Of a stretch of 64,000 nt of DNA, positions 38,141 to 51,824 are shown piece after piece (position 1 is the stretch's first letter; every line of letters begins with the position of its first letter). The notes beneath the pieces were generated by a model. It was not told where the DNA came from, made no database searches, and saw only the letters and a program-made list of their open reading frames with translations. Made by a program: the position numbers and the translations under genes. Source of the stretch: Rhynchobatus australiae (Eukaryota); NCBI GenBank assembly GCA_034780895.1, contig JAUZTB010000087.1:30731204-30795203 (forward strand). The letters run 5' to 3'.

Positions 38141-41100
38141 TTGAGTGATCTAATCGACCCCCTGAGGGGGGTACTCCTTGAAACATTTAATGCTGTCAGC
38201 ATTTGGAAAATAGGAGACTCTCTTTGGTTGGCTCTTGTAGTAAATTTATCAAATGCATTAGTGGTTGATTAATGAAGTCAGGCGATATGCCTATTTTGCC
38301 AACTTGTCTGCAGGATTAAAAACCAGCTTCGGATGGTCTTTTTCCAAATAATTAACAGGCTCCTGAAAGCTTCCACATAATAGTTCTTGGCATCTATAGG
38401 ATCTAACCAGTACCATCAGGACTATGTCAGCTGAATGATACTATGGCTAGAGTCCACTTTTTTGTTGCTTTCTTCTCTCCTGATTACTGCTGGTCCTGTA
38501 GATGCCTGCACCAGGCTGCCCACTCACCTGCAGCTGCAATGCAATCTATTGAAAATTTCTTTCAGATAGTACAATGCCTACTGGCAAACAAAACCATTAC
38601 ATATCTTCACATTTTGTACTAGAATAACTTAGTTCTAATTGATTTGCATGCAATGCTAACAAAGAAGCATATATTTAATAATAGCCTTTATTAAATATTT
38701 ATTACCAGTTTATAATAGAATAATCAAAGACCGCTTTATGCTGCAGATTTTCTTATTAGCAGTGCATTCATTATGTATTCTACCAGTTATGGAAGAAATC
38801 AAAAGAATTCAGCTGTTAACAAATTTACTTAGAACACCACATTATTGAAATAAATGATAACCACTGCAAGACAGTTCAAAGCTCAAACTAACATAAGACT
38901 AGATTATTAAGAGCAAGAAATGGATTTGTACTTGAACTGACTATCTGTATCTGAATAAAGCAACTTCATTTGAATAGTAAACTAACCCAGACTCTGAATG
39001 AGGTGAACTTTGCCCATGAACAATTGGATCAGTTTGTAATATGACTAATTGGCATATTATGTCTTCTTTTAAAGACAAAATTTATTGCCTTTTGTAGATT
39101 GGAACAATAGATTCTGATTGTTACAAAACTTTATTTCTCATCTCCAGATTGGCAGTTTTTCCAGCAACAGCAAGATTGGCAAAATACATCCTGCTGAGCC
39201 ATTCTCGCCATTGTTAAATTCCTCCTACATTCCTCTGCATTTCTAATCAGCACAGGCCACTGAGAATAAATCAAAAGCAGTGCAGCCAATGGGCTACCAC
39301 ATACCAAGACCCTGGCCCCCTCTAAAACCTACCATCTGCCATTTAGCCTAAACTGAAGTTTAGGTAACTCAATGGAAAATTGTCATAAATCTTAATCTCT
39401 TCTCTATAAGGAACATTCTTAACTAATAAATCACTGCTCTCCCTTCTTTACTTTGACACTAGCCATCAGTCACCAAGCTTAAGTTGATGACCTTGTCATT
39501 AGAAACTTGATCAACGTGCTCAGCATGAAGTGCTTGGCCTCCAACAGCAGCCTTTCATTCTCTGCAGGGCATATGGGGTGGACCAGTTATTGCTGCTATA
39601 ATTCAAAGAAGAGGAATCCATCCCTGTGTATAAGATAACAGTGCCTGTTATCCTGGGAAGGACATTTACATTATTCCTGAAAAGTATATTCACCAGGAAT
39701 CAATTGGAGGCATTAAATGTGTAATGTGATTGCTCTGATGCTTTATGCATCTTCTATCAACAATTTTAGAATAAATTATGAATGAAGTTCCCACATGATG
39801 TTAATACACACTGAAAGGTGGAAGTAGATTAGGGATCAGTCTCTCTGGAAGCCGAGAGAATGAGTTCAGCTCAACTGTTTAAAAGTAACTTGTATTGGGA
39901 TTGGGATATTAACCTAAGCATCTGCCAAGCAATGCCATGAAAGCTGGTTTTAATCGAGGAAAATTGTGATCACCATTAATTTTAATAAGGGCAGATCTAT
40001 CATAATTAGCTTCTCATTATTTTAGCTAGAGTAATCTGGTAAGGCCAAAATATCCCAAGAAAGTTTGCAATAGCATCATTAAAGATGCAAGTGAAAGATT
40101 ACAAAGTAATATTACTTTTGTGCCATTGCAGACACCATGCTCCACATGATACAGCAGATTGAAAATTGCGAGGCATATCTGGGCCAATTATTTTGAAAAG
40201 GAGAAAAATATACTTTAAGATGTCTTTACTCTTGAACATTTTCTTTATTATAACACTGCTGCTTGATGAGCCCTTTCAATAATAATCTTACATTAATAAA
40301 GCAAAGCAGGTGCATTTAAGCATGGAAAATATCCCAACTTTGTATACAAAGAAGCAAACAACCCAAGGACATCACATCAAAAAGAAGATGAACTAAGGGT
40401 GAACACAATTAGTAGATTGAGGGATGATTTTAAAAGAAAAGAGGGGGATAGATGGACTTCGGAGAAGAAATCTTAGAGTGGTTCCAAGTTGCTCTGAATT
40501 TTGGTGCCACTGGTGGAACAATAAGAAAGAGTTGCACACAAGGGCAGATTTGTGTTTGAGGGGTAGATGCTGAGGTTCTTGATAAAAAGGAGTAAGGACA
40601 TGATGGATTTGAAGGCAAGGAAGGGAAATATTAGATGAGGCACCGGAAGACTGTGAGCTAATGTAAAGCCGAAAATGTGTAGTTACATTTGAGGATAGAA
40701 TACAAATGTCTACATTTAGCTAATGGAGTAGCAGCAGACAACAACTAGTAGGCAGCAGAAAGTTCAACGAAGCAACTTTTACAGATGTTACGATTTCAGG
40801 CCTGCTATAGTTTACCTTGTCAAGTTCAGTAGCATAAATCATCCTGATTATCAATCCAAGTACATTAATTTTATGAGCTCGCATGCATTGCTCTGCACCA
40901 TTTTTTGTGAGAATCTAATCTAGAAATGCAGCATCTGAACTTGATATTCACATCTTCTTGTGTTTTTCCTAAATCTCCCTAAAAGCACACAGTACATACA
41001 TTTAAAGACACAAATTATTGCATTATTTTATTTCATAATTGTTTTCAGTTTGTACTATTTATTGTCATGTGTTTGTACAAAATACTTTACGCCCTCATTT

Positions 41101-41654
41101 GTGGCTGTTATTCAGAATTCCTTCCTGTGTTTGAACTATTATGCTATTGTTTCTGGGTCTTGAAGCTTCTTTGTTTGCCAAATATGTATACTTTGTAATG
41201 TATCTCTTCAGAGTAATGGAAAGTGATCAAATATTTTCTATGATCATAGGCATGAGATATTTATCGATTACAAGCACCAGTTAATGATTAAAAATTAGAT
41301 CATGAGCATCTTGTGCAAATAAAATATACTTTAAACTTGAACATTTAAATAATATTTTCTAAATATGTTCTGTGTAAAAATAGTTAAATAACAATCAATG
41401 ATCAGGTAAGGTATAAAAGTGAGCTTCAGACCTGCTGGTAGAATAGATTAATAGGATGTAAGGTTGAAAGAGATTATTGACATTGGGTGAAGTGGAAATG
41501 TACTATTACAATGATCATGAGTAGGATTCTCAACACATACATTGGAGACAATGATACAGTAGAGTTTGGTGAAAACAATGGTGGTGATTGGATGGGAATT
41601 CATATGGAATAAGTTGCATCCTAAGGAGGTTTTTAAAATTTATTTATAGAATTT

Positions 41655-42060
41655 GAGCATTGCTAGCAGAGCCAGAATTTGTTGTCCTTCAGAAGGCGGT
41701 GATCAACTACCTTTCTGAGTCATGACAATTCTTGTGAAGGTAATCTCACCATGTCATCAAGAAGGGAGCTTCAGGATGAATGAACAGTGATAAAATTTGA
41801 AGCAAAGATAGTTCATGTATTGAAGAGGAACCTGCTGATAGTGGTGCTCCCATTTGTTTGTTGCCTTTCTTTTTGGTGGCAGAGGTTGTGAATTTGCGTG
41901 GTGATGTTGGAGTAACCTAGGTAAACAACTGTAGTGCACATTTTAGATGGTATGCATTGCAGTCACAGTGAACTGATGTTTGATCAGTGAATGTTTAGGG
42001 TAGTGGATGAGATGCTAATCAGTGGTCTTTGCACTGGAGTTGAGCTTCTTGGGTGTTAAC
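41655..42060 (-). mobile_element. LINE 3' remnant (family shared with 51825-53820 and 60285-60460)
   Basis: agcattgctagcagagccagaatttgttgtcc...gaagggagcttcaggat...gatgctaatc is colinear with 51825-52225. Confidence 0.55.
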
Positions 42061-42069
42061 ATAGTTGCG

Positions 42070-42225
42070 CATGGAGGTCTAGAATTAGAGTTCTGGATGA
42101 GTTCGAGTTTGTATAGGGTAGCATTACTTTGGGAGAGAGAAAATAAATTTGGGAAGTCAAGTTGTGAGATAACCAAAATGTGGATAATAGCAGCGAGTGA
42201 ATTGAAGTAGGCAACTCCCACATAA
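42070..42225 (-). mobile_element. L2 LINE ORF2 C-terminal remnant
   Basis: AAIIHILVISQLDFPN...TLYKLELIQNS (cf. L2 LIHAFVTSRLDYSN...KLQLIQNSAA). Confidence 0.65.
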
Positions 42226-45200
42226 ACTCCAGATTAAGAAAACACTGGCATTTCCTACCTGTGGGTTCTAAGTGAGGAGGAAGATAGCAAAAGTATTGTT
42301 GTTGCAAAATTCCTGGTTCAGAGCTAACCAAAGTTGTTTTTAACTGCTCCTTAGCTGCAAATAACTATGAAAGAATTTATTTTCTTGTCTTCTTTCTAAT
42401 CACATGGATTTCATAATATTCAAAGATATTCACCTTCTCATAAAGAGTGATTACAGTACTCAAATCTGAGTGGTAAAACTAATCAACTAGTGGTTTGCAT
42501 TTGTGGGGAGTGTCTGGTAAAGACATCATCAATATGTAGATAAGTATTTGTGTTACAATACATTGCAAGATTTAAGTGACAATTGATATAGGACGATGCA
42601 CATTTCGAAGTAACATTTCTCTGATGTCCTGATGGGATGTCGCGCTGCTGCATTGCTCATCATATGGTTTGCAGAGCACTCTGTTAACCACAACTTCACC
42701 TCAATGAAACGCTTAAGTAGTTTTTTTAAAAAATTATATTGGTGCCTACCTGTCATGCCACACTTACAGGAAACACCTCAGGGACTAGTGGTTGATGGAA
42801 AATAAACCATTGCATGAAACCAGCTGTGTGATTTGTGATGGAATTATAATCATTAAAAGCCCGAGTGATTTACTTTTACTAAAGCTGCAATGCCTGAGAT
42901 AGATTCAATTTACTTGGCATATATGATTCTTTTTCCCAAGGAGAATGTACTTAAATTTTTATTTAATTCTTCCTGACTTTCAAGCATATTTATCATTTAG
43001 ACTTTAGAGTTATAGTTTTATCCTTTTTGAGATTCATAAGGAGAGGGATTCTCCAGCTACAAAAATTTTCCACTCGTGCAGCCAGGCCTTAGCTTTCACC
43101 CACCATGTACGTTGTTACAAGAGTCGTGAAGAGTTAGAATCACAAAATTCTTGAGAGCTCGGCAACCTGCTCGCTGTTATTTAAATGCTGGAGCTGACAG
43201 ATCAGAGACCTTAGGCGGTAAACAGATTGGTGCCTTATAAATAAATTTACATTTACTCTCATTGTTTTGAACCTGATGTGATTTTAATTGGGCAGGTCAA
43301 ATGTTCTGCCTGTTACATTCACAGATTGAAACCTAGTTTTGTTGGCATCACAAAATAACTGATATTACTGGAGGATGGATTTAGAGGGGCATTCACCAGC
43401 ATGGCAGTTGGGTCATTGGGATCTGCGTATCACTGTACATGATGCACTTCCAAGCAGCTCTAAGATCCCTCTTTACAATTTCACCTTTTATATAAACTCC
43501 ATGAGCACTAACTACTTGTAGGTTGTTTTGACTTAAAAGTGCTGGATGGATGACTAGTTAGAAGAGCAGCCTGAAGACCCAAAGCAATCAGCAGTTGGAC
43601 CTGCTAGAAAGCAGTTGGTGAGGTGATATGTTTAGATCTTTCTCTCCATACCTGGCTGATGTCACATGTCCATAATTCTTCCATCCTGTTCAATAGAGCT
43701 ACATGGACACAAGGGCACAAAAAACACAGCCCAGAACACTCTATTCGCACTCCAAAACATATGTTTCAGGTCCCCAAATCATCTTTCAATGTGGCCCAGA
43801 CAATTTTTTTCTACAGTCCATATACACTGTGGTGCAAAAAGGAAGAAGGTGAGAGAAATGAGCGAGAAGAACAATGTAATACATTGCCCTTAGAGGATTC
43901 ATGGAACCCCCAATAAAATAGCAATTTTGTGATCTTACTAAAAAGTCAGAAGCAAAAACATACTTTTAACCTCCAACTTGTGTTTTGTCTTAGATAGCTT
44001 TGCTACCATTAGGACCGTGACTAATTGCTTGATTTTCTGACAATGCAGACTAAGAAACTGCAGTTGGAAGAATCTATTCATCAGAATGACCAGGTTGTTA
44101 AGTTTAGTTCTAAACAAAATACTACATAGAATTATATTTCATGAAGTGATCATCTGTTGTAAGTTACAAAGAAGTTTTACTGATGCTTCTATTCCCATGT
44201 GGCGCTCACCCAACAGTTTGGGTGAATTGGTGGAAGGCTACCATTGCTCATGTGGAGATACTTGGGCTGCTTGTTGGCAGCAACATTTGTCATCTCAGCC
44301 CAGTTCCAGACTGCACAATTCTGGTAGCTGCCAGAACAGCCCGACCCTGTTGACTTTCTGGCATCATGGTCGGCATTGGTGTGGGATGTGGGGAAGAAGC
44401 AGATGGCTGACATCCTGAGCAAAGGCAACACATACTGTGCCATTGCCACTTCCACTGCGCTACAGGAAAGCAAACGTCAGGATGCAAGTGAAGCCTTAAA
44501 AATCCATTTGCCTAGCTGGAGATTGGCCTCTCCAAGGGAAAGCACATACAGCAGCAATGCAGTCAATTGAGCTATCTCCAAAGATTCAAAAGCCATAAAT
44601 CTTGGCACCTGGAAGTACTTCCAGCATTCCTGCAGGTTGTACTATTCTCAGAGTGCAGGATCTGCTGGCAGCTTCAGGCACTCCTTTATATAAATATCAG
44701 AACTATATATAGAATGATGCTTTCTCTATCGTGCCTCAGTATTAGAAATCCAGCCCCTCTGCACCACATGACATTTTCACATTAGGAGTTCTGCTGTATG
44801 CCTGAGATTAAAAATCAATACAAATCAGCACCCACATGGTAAGTGTTGCCTGTCCATTGTGCGTTTATTCTAACATTTGGTTCCAATGATTGAAATGGAA
44901 CTTCAGTGGAGAAGAATACAATGGTAGCCACCTGTTTAGTCCCTAGAACTTAAAGATGAATTTCTGTCCCTTTGATTTTACCCATTAGGAACTGGATTGG
45001 TGCTACTGTTTTGAAATAAGGCCTGTTACAGCCAGTGCACAGTACAGACTAATCCTATTGTCTGATTTTGATTTGCACGCAATTCTCACAGGCAATAGGA
45101 AATATCCAACCAAATGCAGCACTCTTATGACATCAAATGCTCAGATATGCCCTTTAACTCCATGCCAATGCAGACAGAAGCCAAGAACTTCAGACATTGG

Positions 45201-46919
45201 CCACTTAATCTATCCTTAGCCCTCTTCCAAATCCCAGGGGCATTTTGGCAGGTGCCCTGGATTACTGATGAGATTTTAATTAACTTTCTGACTTGTTATG
45301 GAAGGGCATAGACTGGGAATGCCAATGATTGACAAGGCAAAAGTTTGTTGAACAATGTTCTCGTTGCTGATAGGTTCAATAATCAACTTTTATTAATTTC
45401 ATTCCATTGCAGCAAAGTGGGATGCTCACATATGCAGATGCATAACTGGAGGGATTTTGAGGAGAATAGATTTCCTTGAATCCTAACCAAAAATAACAAC
45501 AGGATTTAGGAGCTGGAAAACGGAAGGAGATACCAATTTGACAGAATATTTACAGGACTGAAAAGGGGTTCCTGCTTATTTTATCTTTGCCTCTGTTGCA
45601 TTTAATTTCTGTAAATACCACCTATTTCCTAGTGTAGGATCTTGAAGGATGAAATAATGAACGATACACAGGCACGGCCATGAATGCTTATGTTTTTAAG
45701 TCCGTCTATTCTGGCATTTCATTTTTTAATTTGTGAGATGATTTTTAGATTTCCCAGAGCTCTATCACTGCCAGTGGATTTAAAGCTTTCACAGAAGCAT
45801 AATTCCATTTAAACAAACAATTATGCAGGAACTGCCAACACTGGAGTCAAGGCTTGCATGTCATGATCAGGGAATATTTTAAGTATATTTTTCAACCAAA
45901 TCTTATCAGCTTCTTTTCAGGAACTTTACTTTCTGATTCTCTAATGTTTATTCTGCTCAATAAACAATTACTTTAAGTTGTGCGTAAATGCGAAATGGTC
46001 CATCTGGCAGTACTGAAACCACACCAAAGAGCTTCAAACCATCGTGCTTCCAGCAATGCCATCACGTCAGTATGATTCAGTTATGAAGTAAACATTTATT
46101 GACCTTGAATTTTCTTGTAAGTTCCGCTGAACCTCTGCCACAACTCAAGTGAGACTGTGCCAGAAACTGGCAGCCAGATACTGGTTCCCAGCTAACACTG
46201 GAGATCCTGACCAGTATTGTCAGGGACTATATTTTCTTTTCAACTTACAGGAACAATAAGAAATTAAATATCAATGGCCACTATGTCAAAATATGCAAGT
46301 CACATTAGCCTCTAATGGGTACCTATGAGCACACTGGAGAGAAAGGGGGAGAAGAAAATGCCTGGTGCTCATTTTTTAAAAAAGATTTTACAGATTAGCC
46401 CTCTTCCACAGAACACCTCTACCAGCTTCCATGAGATCTCTGTGGAAATGAAAACAAACCTCCTAACCTTCTGCGACATAAACCAACAATAGCATGGGAA
46501 TAGGAAAATAACTTAAAATTGCACAGGCTCCTCATCTGGTGCTCCTATTTGGTGCCAGCTGCTGATGTTGGTGAATGCAGCTGCTACATTCACAGAGGCA
46601 GATGAGCTGACAGGTCAGGATCTTATGAGAGTTTTTGATGTGGAACTTACAACAGTCAAAAATGCCAAAATATTATACTGATATTTAGGTGGTATTGTGC
46701 TATTTCCTTTGGACTTTGGACACCATCTTTTTCATTATTATCCACAGTTAGTGTAGTAAGAGGATATTTCAGGTGAGTGTGCTGTTCGGTAAAAAGTTCC
46801 ACTATTTCTCTCCAGTGATAAACACCAGCAATAGTGTGCAACTTGGAGGGGAACTTACTGATATTCTTCCCATGCATTTGTGGCCTAAATGGGTTATTTT
46901 CTTTGTAGCAGCGGAGGCT

Positions 46920-47255
46920 GAGGGGAGTCCTGATAGGCATAGATAAAGTAGACAGCCGGTATCCTTTTTCCCAGGGCTGAAATGTCTGATACTAGAGGAC
47001 ATGCATATAAGGTGAGAAAGGGAAAGTTCAAAGGAGGTGAGTGGGGCAGGCGTTTTACACAGAGAGTGGTGGATGCCTGGAATGCACTGCCTGGGGTTAG
47101 GCAGATACAATAGGGGTGTTTAAGACAGGCACATGAATATGCAGAGAATGGAGGGATATGGGCCATGTGCAGTTAGAAAGGATTAGGTGTCATTAGCTTA
47201 ATTAGTTTGGCACAACATCGTAGGCCGCGGGGCCTGTTCCTGTTCTATGTTCTAA
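46920..47255 (+). mobile_element. CR1 LINE 3' end
   Basis: ggaggctgaggggagtcctgatag...ttttacacagagagtggtggatgcctggaatgcactgcc...ggcacaacatcgtaggccgcggggcctgttcctgttctatgttcta tail. Confidence 0.8.
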
Positions 47256-48744
47256 ATGAAATCACAGGTTTGGGAGGTGATTTTGAAGAAGCTTGATGGA
47301 GTTACTGCAATGCATGGCACACATTTGCCACAGTGCAGCAGTGAATGATGAGGTGCCAATCATTGTGTTGAGTGCTCCTGGTCCTACACTCAACCAGCGA
47401 GGTAGAGAGTATTGGATGTGGCACCGCCACTACATTGTGCACCCTCTTCAAAGGCTGCAGGGAATGAGGTGAAGAGTTTTGACCTATAGCTTCTAACTTG
47501 TATTTATGGAGCAGCATTTGAGGTAACCAGTGGGTCTGGGTTGCAGGAGGGAGATGCACAGGGTTCTGGGTGGGGAAGTTGGTCAGAGTATAATATACTG
47601 CTTGTGAGTGAATGAGGGTTGGCTTTAAGTTTTGTGAAAGGCATTGGTTTGGAGATCTGTTAGGCTGGAGTCACTCTAGAGGTCAATGGGAAAGGATTGG
47701 GCTCACCATCAGCGCTGGAAGAGATGGGTTGCAACTTGGTAAGTAACTTGGGAGGCTCAAGACATCCAGTGTGATGGATGAGCATTTAGTATTCAACTTA
47801 GAGAGGACTCCTCTGGAGTGGCATGGGGAATAAGAGGAAGTTGGAGGGGATTCCACACCCTGCGATCTACTTAGGCCCCTTTAACAAATCATGAAGCAGG
47901 CCTCACAAGTGGTGTGAAAGGCTGCTTCTAAATGAATGTCGCTAATTTATAGGCTGCACATGCAGAGATCAAAATCACATTGCTGGTGAGAAGGGATGCA
48001 TTACATCTCATTGACTGCCAAGATATATGTTGGGTACCTCCATGTATTAATGCTTCAGATGCATGGAGGACCAAGGAGGAAGATTACAAACTTCATAGAA
48101 CTCACAGTAAGTCTGATTTCTTTTACCATTGATTATTTACTGAAATTGAAACTGTCAGAAAATGCAAATGTTGCCTTACACAAACCATCGACTAAGCTAA
48201 TGTGTGTGACCTCATACATTTCTGACTGTGAAGTTGGGTCGCAAGGTACTGCATCTTTTGATCCATGTTGCTTGTTGTACTTCATGTTTTTAAAACATTT
48301 CAACCATTTCTAATATTGTAATGTACCAGATAATTATTCATGGGTTAGTCGCTGTTATATAATTTATTATATCTGATTATCCCAGGAGAAAAGAGGGGAA
48401 TATTTGAACTGTAAGACCTCACTAGAGTCCTTCTGCATCTAATCATGGATTCAGTGCCAGACACTTATTTATGCATTCAAAAGTTTCATGTGGTATTATC
48501 ATAATGCAATGCTTAATATGTAATTATAGATTTTACATTTTGTATGTATTAAATCAAGTGGCAACTTCAAGGCATTATTATTTTACATTAACTCTTTAAT
48601 GTATAAAGTACAAACTAAGATCAAGTAATAGCTTAGCAGGGTAAAGTAAAAGAATTGCTCCATGCTGTGAATAATGAAACTCAAACTTTATTTCAAGAAT
48701 AAGTAATAACTTTGATGTATATAGTGCGGTAATTTATTGGAGCA

Positions 48745-48950
48745 TTATGAAACAAAATTTGACACTGACCCATTATGATACTAGGACAGGTCATCAAAAA
48801 AGTAATTGAAGATGTAGGTTTTAAGACTGATTGAAGGAGCACACAGAGATAGAGAAGGACTTACATTTAGGCAGAGAGTTCTGGAGGTTATGGTTGAAAC
48901 AGCTGAAGATTCCAATAGTGGAGCAACTAAAATTGGATATATACCAGAGG
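48745..48950 (-). mobile_element. L2-like LINE 3' tail remnant
   Basis: aaaatttgacactgaccc...taggacaggtcatcaaaa...gtaggttttaag...acagctgaag is the reverse complement of the tail seen at 21170 and 30800. Confidence 0.55.
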
Positions 48951-49387
48951 TCAGCGGCAATTCATAATTTTCTTGCATGTTTTTGCCAAATAAGTAGTTT
49001 TAAAAATAGGATAATTGGTTTAACTACAACAAATAATAATCAAATGATTGTAGTGGACTTTACTCAGATTGGGGAAATTAATAAATTGAAGTGCAGTGAC
49101 ATATTTTCTTTCAATCTCTTGTCCAACATGGAAAAAGTCCTTTAAAATGACACAATCATTATTTGCTATGCAACTGTTATAAGGCACTCAACCAGTTTCC
49201 ATAATGGGAGAAATACTGCACTTCTCTGTTTCCTCTCCTGGATTAGGCTGCCATTAATGATGTTTGAACATGCAATAGAAAAGCTGTATTCTAGATTATC
49301 TGAATTGCCTTTTGGGCAGCTCACAATTTTACAGTCTATATTATTTGATGGAAAATTGATGCTAATTATTAATTAACATTAAGTCTA

Positions 49388-49662
49388 TTGATTTATTATT
49401 GTCACATGTCCCAAGGTGAAAAACTTGTCTTGCATAGCATTGAAACAGTTCAATTCATTACAAAGTGCATTGAGGTTGTACAAGGTAAAACAATAACAGA
49501 ATGCAGAATAAAGTGTAACAGTTACAGAGAAAGTGCAGTGCAGGTAGATAATAAGGTGCAAGGACATAACAAGGTAGATTGTGAGGTCAAGAGTCCACCT
49601 TATTGAACTAGGAAACCATTCAGGTCTTATAAAAGCAGGATAGAAGCTGTCCTTGAGCCTGT
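49388..49662 (-). mobile_element. LINE 3' end, probably Rex1/Babar-like
   Basis: ttattattgtcacatgtcc...agaatgcagaataaagtgtaacagttacagagaaagtgcagtgcagg...gatagaagctgtccttgagcctg. The clade assignment is from memory. Confidence 0.5.
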
Positions 49663-49689
49663 CCTTGTTCTTTGACCTTCTCAAAGGAC

Positions 49690-50110
49690 TTTCTCAAGTC
49701 CTCATAGACAATGTCCACCATCCTGTCTCATCAATGCTCTTGATCACTTCTTCAAAAAGCTCAATAAAAATTGTGAGACATGATATCCCACACACAAAAC
49801 CATGGTCATTATCCCTAATGAACCCTTGCCTTTCCAAATGCAGATAGATCCTGTCACTCAGAATCCCATCCAGTCAGTTCTCACCACTGATATTAGGCTC
49901 ACCAACTTGCTGTCCTTGCCCTTCTTAAATAAAGGCAAAACATTAGCCACCTTCCAGTTTTCTGGTACCTCACCAGTGGCTAACGAAGATATAAAAATCT
50001 CTACCAGTGTCCCAACAATTTCAACCCTTGTTTCCCGCAACTTCCTTGGATACACTTGGTCAGGACTCAGTGATTTATCCACCTTTGAGCACTTCAAGAC
50101 TACCACTAAT
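49690..50110 (-). mobile_element. CR1 LINE ORF2 fragment
   Basis: KVDKSLSPDQVYPRKLRETRVEIVGTLVEIFISSLATGEVPENWKVANVLPLFKKGK is the classic CR1 pre-RT motif. Confidence 0.88.
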
Positions 50111-51824
50111 CTCTAGTTTGGGCCTTTACTGTGAATGATAATTTTTTCTCCTTTGCTATCTTGTCAATTCATTTCATGCTTTTAAATATCTCTATCGTGT
50201 TACTTCTCAGCCTCCTTTTCCAGAGAAAGGATTCCCAGCTTGTTCAGTTTCTAATGATAATTGAAACCTCCAAGTTCTTGTTTCAAGTGAACAGTTTGCC
50301 CTCTCAAAAGCAGAGCAAATTATGTGTTCAGTGCTCCACATGTGGCCTAACCTTTAATATAATATCTGCTTTCCAATTTTATTTCTAGGAAGAGGCGCCA
50401 TTTCTTATTTTGCTTTTATNNNNNNNNNNNNNNNNNNNNNNNNNNNNNNNNNNNNNNNNNNNNNNNNNNNNNNNNNNNNNNNNNNNNNNNNNNNNNNNNN
50501 NNNNNNNNNNNNNNNNNNNCTTCAGGAGATTGCATTTCCTCAGGATACATTTGACACCCGGCTGGTGTTGAGCTTCAGGCAAAAAATCTGCAAAAGACCA
50601 TCATGCTTACTTGTGTCTGCATGTAATACCAATGAGTAAGGGTTTCTTACAGTCAAACAGGAACTGCCTTTGCTCCAGGGTTACTGTTTAGATTTGAAAA
50701 CATGAAATCCCAGATTAGTCAATGTTGAGAATAGTCAATGTTGAACTGCTGTTGCTGATATCACTTTTCCAGCCTATCAAAACGTAGCAGGAGTATCTCC
50801 TGACTCAATGATAGTCCTTTTAAATGCTCAAAAGATGTCATGATATACAGGATAAAGGCAAGGATATTAAGGGCACAGGGACATAAAAGACCAAAATAAT
50901 TTTGATAACATTGTGCATGATAAGTGAACAGATCTGTGGCACTGGATTAAAACTGGTTGATGTAATTGGCCAGATAAAGTTAGTGATGATGTTCAAGAGA
51001 TTAAATTACCAAATTCTGTCAATCAATGACTGAACAACCACAAATTGCAGCTGCAAAATAAACAACTCTGGCTAGATGTCTTAAATATGAAAAGATATTC
51101 TAGGGTAGGATTAGGATGCAATTTTGCATGTCAGTGTAGAAAATTTACCCATCGCTGACGTGATGTAGAGATAGTAAGAACAGGATGTTCTGTTGGATGG
51201 CCTCCCAAATGCCAGAACTGATTGTTATTTCTGGAACAAGAACAGGAAATATTCAGCAGGTTGTCTTCAATGACGCTTGAACATGAAGTAGTTATTTCTG
51301 GGTCAGTAGAAATGGTTCTGAATTCCCAGAGCTCAAGTTAAGACAATAATGTTTCTACTATCCTGGCATCTTGATCAGGATACTAAACCAACAGGTGTTG
51401 AAAGCTTTGTGGAAGAAGTATGGAAATTACATAATGAGTTGGATGGAATAATTACATGAGGAGAAAAAATCCCAATAAAATTTAATGCTGAGAAATATGA
51501 GGGAAACTGATACTTGTGCATTTTAAATTCCTGAAATAGCCAGAGATAGAGATGACTCAAACCATGATACCTCGATTTGACAATCAACAACCCTATAAAA
51601 CAGCAGTTGACAGAACCATTGAACTGGATGGGTAAAGCAGTAAAATGTAAATCAGATGCAGTTTTGGTGAAGCATATACTGTTCCAGTCAAAGCGCGCCT
51701 TGACATGTGTTTTATGTATGAGGCGATTTTCAAGTGCTAGAAATGCAGATGTTGTAGAGAATCAGCACAGCGCACATTTCTGGGATCTGAGTCATTAAAA
51801 AATGTATAAATTTTTCAGGAGATA

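Noticed and set aside
45053-45100. Short imperfect hairpins (also ~60693-60724) and weak TIR-like ends (~13498-13642)
   Set aside because: Stems are only 11-12 bp with mismatches. They are probably decayed MITEs or chance and cannot be delimited reliably.
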